A DNA stretch of 37,307 bases from a virus. Lineage: Duplodnaviria; Caudoviricetes. This document shows, piece after piece, positions 34,550-37,307 of this stretch. The DNA is taken from the IMG/VR virus record IMGVR_UViG_3300042808_000015, positions 1 through 37,307 of that record. One strand, given 5' to 3'. Within the stretch, counting starts at the first letter, position 1, and each line of letters begins with the position of its first letter. The notes under the pieces are model-generated. The model worked only from the letters and a program-made list of their open reading frames with translations. It had not been told where the DNA came from and ran no database searches. Both the position numbers and the translations under genes were made by a program.

Positions 34550-34759
34550 CTATTCCTCCTTAATTCTTTCTCTTACAAATTCTATATCTTTATCAGTAAA
34601 TTTATAATATTTTTTTAACTTTTTTAAATATTTATTTATTGTTTCAACATCATATGTTTTTTTATTACAATAATATACTGCTTCATATTTGAATATAAAT
34701 CTTCCTATTTTAAAGTGTCTTAAAAACTTGTGTATTATAATTCTAATATTTTTAATCAT
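34550..34759 (-). CDS. Hypothetical protein
   Basis: GGAGG RBS. Confidence 0.7.
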   Translation of the reverse strand: MIKNIRIIIHKFLRHFKIGRFIFKYEAVYYCNKKTYDVETINKYLKKLKKYYKFTDKDIEFVRERIKEE

Positions 34760-34774
34760 TCTTATTCCTCCTTA

Positions 34775-35023
34775 TTATTTATTTTTAAATCTAATTTCAA
34801 TTTTAAATTCAATATATCCGCTATTCCTATTAAATATTTTTCTAAAAGTTGAATCAATATTATAATCTTCTTTATTATCTTTATAATACATATCTATTAT
34901 TTCATTTATTTTTTTTTGTATTATTTTATCTATATTTTTTAAATTATCTGAATTATATTTAACCAAATATGTATAAAATTTTTCATAATAATTATTTATT
35001 TCTTTATATTCTTCTACTTTCAT
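34775..35023 (-). CDS. Hypothetical protein
   Basis: GGAG RBS. Confidence 0.65.
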   Translation of the reverse strand: MKVEEYKEINNYYEKFYTYLVKYNSDNLKNIDKIIQKKINEIIDMYYKDNKEDYNIDSTFRKIFNRNSGYIEFKIEIRFKNK

Positions 35024-35026
35024 TTT

Positions 35027-35161
35027 CTATTTCTCCAATTCATTTATTATTTTAATCAACTCTTTTATTTTAGTCTTTGTATTTTCACTTTGCTTTAATC
35101 CTTTTAAATGTTTTACTTGCATTTTAAAGTTTTGTAATAGTATATCTCCTACTTTATACAT
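35027..35161 (-). CDS. 44-aa hypothetical protein (not in ORF track)
   Basis: AAGG RBS in the dnaB end; fills the gap exactly. Confidence 0.55.
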   Translation of the reverse strand: MYKVGDILLQNFKMQVKHLKGLKQSENTKTKIKELIKIINELEK

Positions 35162-35165
35162 ATTT

Positions 35166-36407
35166 TTACCTTTCTATACTAACAAAAGTTGAATATTTTT
35201 TATAGAACTTTAACATTATTGTTCCTGTACAACCTTGTCTTTGTTTTTCTAATGTTAAATATATATTTTCAGTAGCACTTCTTTCAGTATCTGCACTATG
35301 TAAAAATATTATATTATCACAGTTTTGTTCTATACTTCCACTTTCTCTTATATTTGCCATTGTTGGTACTTTATTTTCAGCATCTCTATTTAATTGTACT
35401 AATATTATTACTGGTATATTCATATCTAAAGCTAAAAGTTTTAATCTTCTACTTATGTCTGCAACTTCTAATTCTCTTGAATTAAATTTTTCTTTACATT
35501 TTAATAAAGTTAAATAATCTATTATTAGTACATCTATACTATTTTTTTCTTTTAATTTTATTACTTCAATTTCTAAATCTTCTATAAACCTACTTTTGCA
35601 ATCTATTTTTAAATTTAATTTTGTTATTTCCTGTGTTATACTTGCTATTTTTATATATTCCTCTTTGTTAATTTGTGCATTTCTTAAAAGTTGTGTGTTT
35701 ATTCTAGTGTACTGTGAAATTAATCTTTGCATTAGTTGTGTTGAATTCATCTCTAAACTACAAAAATAGACACTTTTATTCTTCTTTGCTATATTGTTAC
35801 CTATATTTAAAGCTAGTGCTGTTTTGCCTGTTCCTGGTCTCGCTCCGATACAAGTTAACTCTCCATTATGAAGTCCATCGTTTAAATTATCTAAATGATA
35901 AAATCCTGTGTATAGACTTTTATCATCTTTTTTATTTGATTGTTCTTCTAGTTCTGTTAATGTTTTTATAAATACTTCATCTATATTTTCAAATGATATT
36001 TTATTATTTTCTTGTAAACTATTCAAATCATTTCTTAAATTTCTAATTAAGTCATCTACAACTACATTATTTTCTTTTAAATCTTTTATATTGTTATTTA
36101 ATATGTTATATGTTTTTGTTTTTCTATAGTGATTTTTTAATAATTCAATATTATATTCTATATTACTACCTACTACAATTAAATCTGTTATATTAATAAG
36201 TTCTTTTAAATTACCATTTAACTTTTTAGCTATATTTATTATGTTAATATCTTCTTTGTTTTTATAAGTTTGTTTTATAGCACTAAATATTAATTTATTT
36301 TTAGTAGTTTGAAAATAATATTCTTCTATGTTGTTAATATATATATTGTTATCATTGTTAATAAGTAACAATCCAATTATTTGTTCTTCTATAAATTCTA
36401 TATCCAT
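35166..36407 (-). CDS. dnaB: DnaB-like replicative helicase
   Basis: GARPGTGKT, SLEM, IIDYLTLL, QLNR, RESGSIEQ. Confidence 0.95.
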   Translation of the reverse strand: MDIEFIEEQIIGLLLINNDNNIYINNIEEYYFQTTKNKLIFSAIKQTYKNKEDINIINIAKKLNGNLKELINITDLIVVGSNIEYNIELLKNHYRKTKTYNILNNNIKDLKENNVVVDDLIRNLRNDLNSLQENNKISFENIDEVFIKTLTELEEQSNKKDDKSLYTGFYHLDNLNDGLHNGELTCIGARPGTGKTALALNIGNNIAKKNKSVYFCSLEMNSTQLMQRLISQYTRINTQLLRNAQINKEEYIKIASITQEITKLNLKIDCKSRFIEDLEIEVIKLKEKNSIDVLIIDYLTLLKCKEKFNSRELEVADISRRLKLLALDMNIPVIILVQLNRDAENKVPTMANIRESGSIEQNCDNIIFLHSADTERSATENIYLTLEKQRQGCTGTIMLKFYKKYSTFVSIER

Positions 36408-36408
36408 A

Positions 36409-37147
36409 TTATACCTCTCTTAAATTATTTTCTGTTACCATTGTTAACTTCTGTATTTTAATAGTATCTGTTATTAATTCATCTTCCCAACGTTTTTGAT
36501 TTAACCAACTTGTAGGTTGTGGTATAAATTCTATGTTACTCCATTGTTTAGATTTTTTAAACAATTCTAATTTACTTAATATGCTTTTAAATAATTCTTC
36601 TGATACTTTATTTTTTATAAACCAATCTTCTGTTTTAGACTTATTCTGTTTTTTAGGATATAAATTATAAAACTCTTCAAACTGTTTAATATATATATTA
36701 TTAGTATTAATAGTATTAGTATCTTTGTTCGGTACTACAGTGCCGACCCCCTCGGTATCAGAATGACGACCCCTCGGTACTACAGTGCCGACCCTCGTCT
36801 TTTTTTGCCACATCTTGTAAATAAACTAAACTATCATAATTTATACTATAACCATAATATGAAAAACTTCCACCATTTAAAATATGTTTATGTTTAAGTA
36901 CATTATTAGCACATAAATTTTTAAATATAACTTTTCTTACTGTATCTTTTTTTAAATTTAATACTGGCAAGTCATCAATTATAGTTTGATAATTAATCCA
37001 ATAATATATTCCGTCTTTATCAAACATTGTTTTCATTTTTTGAGTTCCTGCAAAATCTACAAACCATCTTAAAACTAATAAGTCATTATTTGTGAGTCCT
37101 AATTCAACAGCTCTTATTTGCGAAAATCCATGTACACTATATTTCAT
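36409..37147 (-). CDS. Replication initiator (replisome organiser) split by a +1 frameshift near 36790
   Basis: N-terminal wHTH-like ORF 37147-36758 and C-terminal FEEFYNLYPKK..WLNQKRWEDE ORF 36813-36409 overlap in the iteron region; 739 nt = 246 codons + 1. Confidence 0.75.
36729..36794. repeat. Three iterons (23, 22 and 21 bp), putative replication origin
   Basis: TCGGTACTACAGTGCCGA-C5, TCGGTATCAGAATGACGA-C4, TCGGTACTACAGTGCCGA-C3; AT-rich tract at ~36685-36722. Confidence 0.85.
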
Positions 37148-37162
37148 TTATTTCGTTCCTTT

Positions 37163-37217
37163 CTATCTATTAGCATTTTCTTTCATCCATTCTTCTACTT
37201 CTTCAATTTTAAATCTT
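37163..37217 (-). CDS. 3' part of the junction-spanning HTH gene
   Basis: Continues from base 1 in frame to TAG at 37165-37163. Confidence 0.85.
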
Positions 37218-37307
37218 ATTGAACCTTGTGGTAGTTTATAGTTAGGCATCCCTTTTTTAACATTTCTTTCTATTGTAATAACACCAACTTTTAAGTAATC
37301 AGCAAGT
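37218..37307. repeat. 90-bp direct terminal repeat, copy 2
   Basis: Identical to 1-90. Confidence 0.97.

Overview
The window is a complete, apparently circular ~37.2 kb genome of a very AT-rich tailed phage. Bases 1-90 repeat at 37218-37307, and an HTH gene reads across that junction. The host is probably a low-GC Bacillota, judging by GGAGG-type RBSs and sigmaA-type promoters. Two near-identical back-to-back promoters (134-289) drive a rightward recombination/regulation operon (Sak/Rad52-like, Gp157-like, NinB, Ref-like nuclease, RusA, RinA/ArpU-like) and a leftward replication operon (initiator with iterons, DnaB). A podovirus-like late region follows: TerS, TerL, portal, collagen/beta-helix depolymerase, scaffold, capsid, adaptor, nozzle, holin, ejection proteins and CHAP endolysin. 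No integrase, CI or DNA polymerase was recognised. Main leads: (1) the only two apparently frameshifted genes (replication initiator and late regulator) each need a +1 shift, and each shift window holds an in-frame CGG. By manual scan, CGG otherwise occurs in frame only in an HNH moron, which suggests CGG-triggered +1 recoding. (2) A PseB-like dehydratase and a three-domain glycosyltransferase sit between capsid and adaptor, and the GT C-terminal tag is duplicated as the next small gene (candidate virion glycosylation system). (3) A 45-nt armless tRNA-like element ending in CCA lies just behind a late promoter and terminator. Family assignments come from recognised motifs only; no database searches were run.
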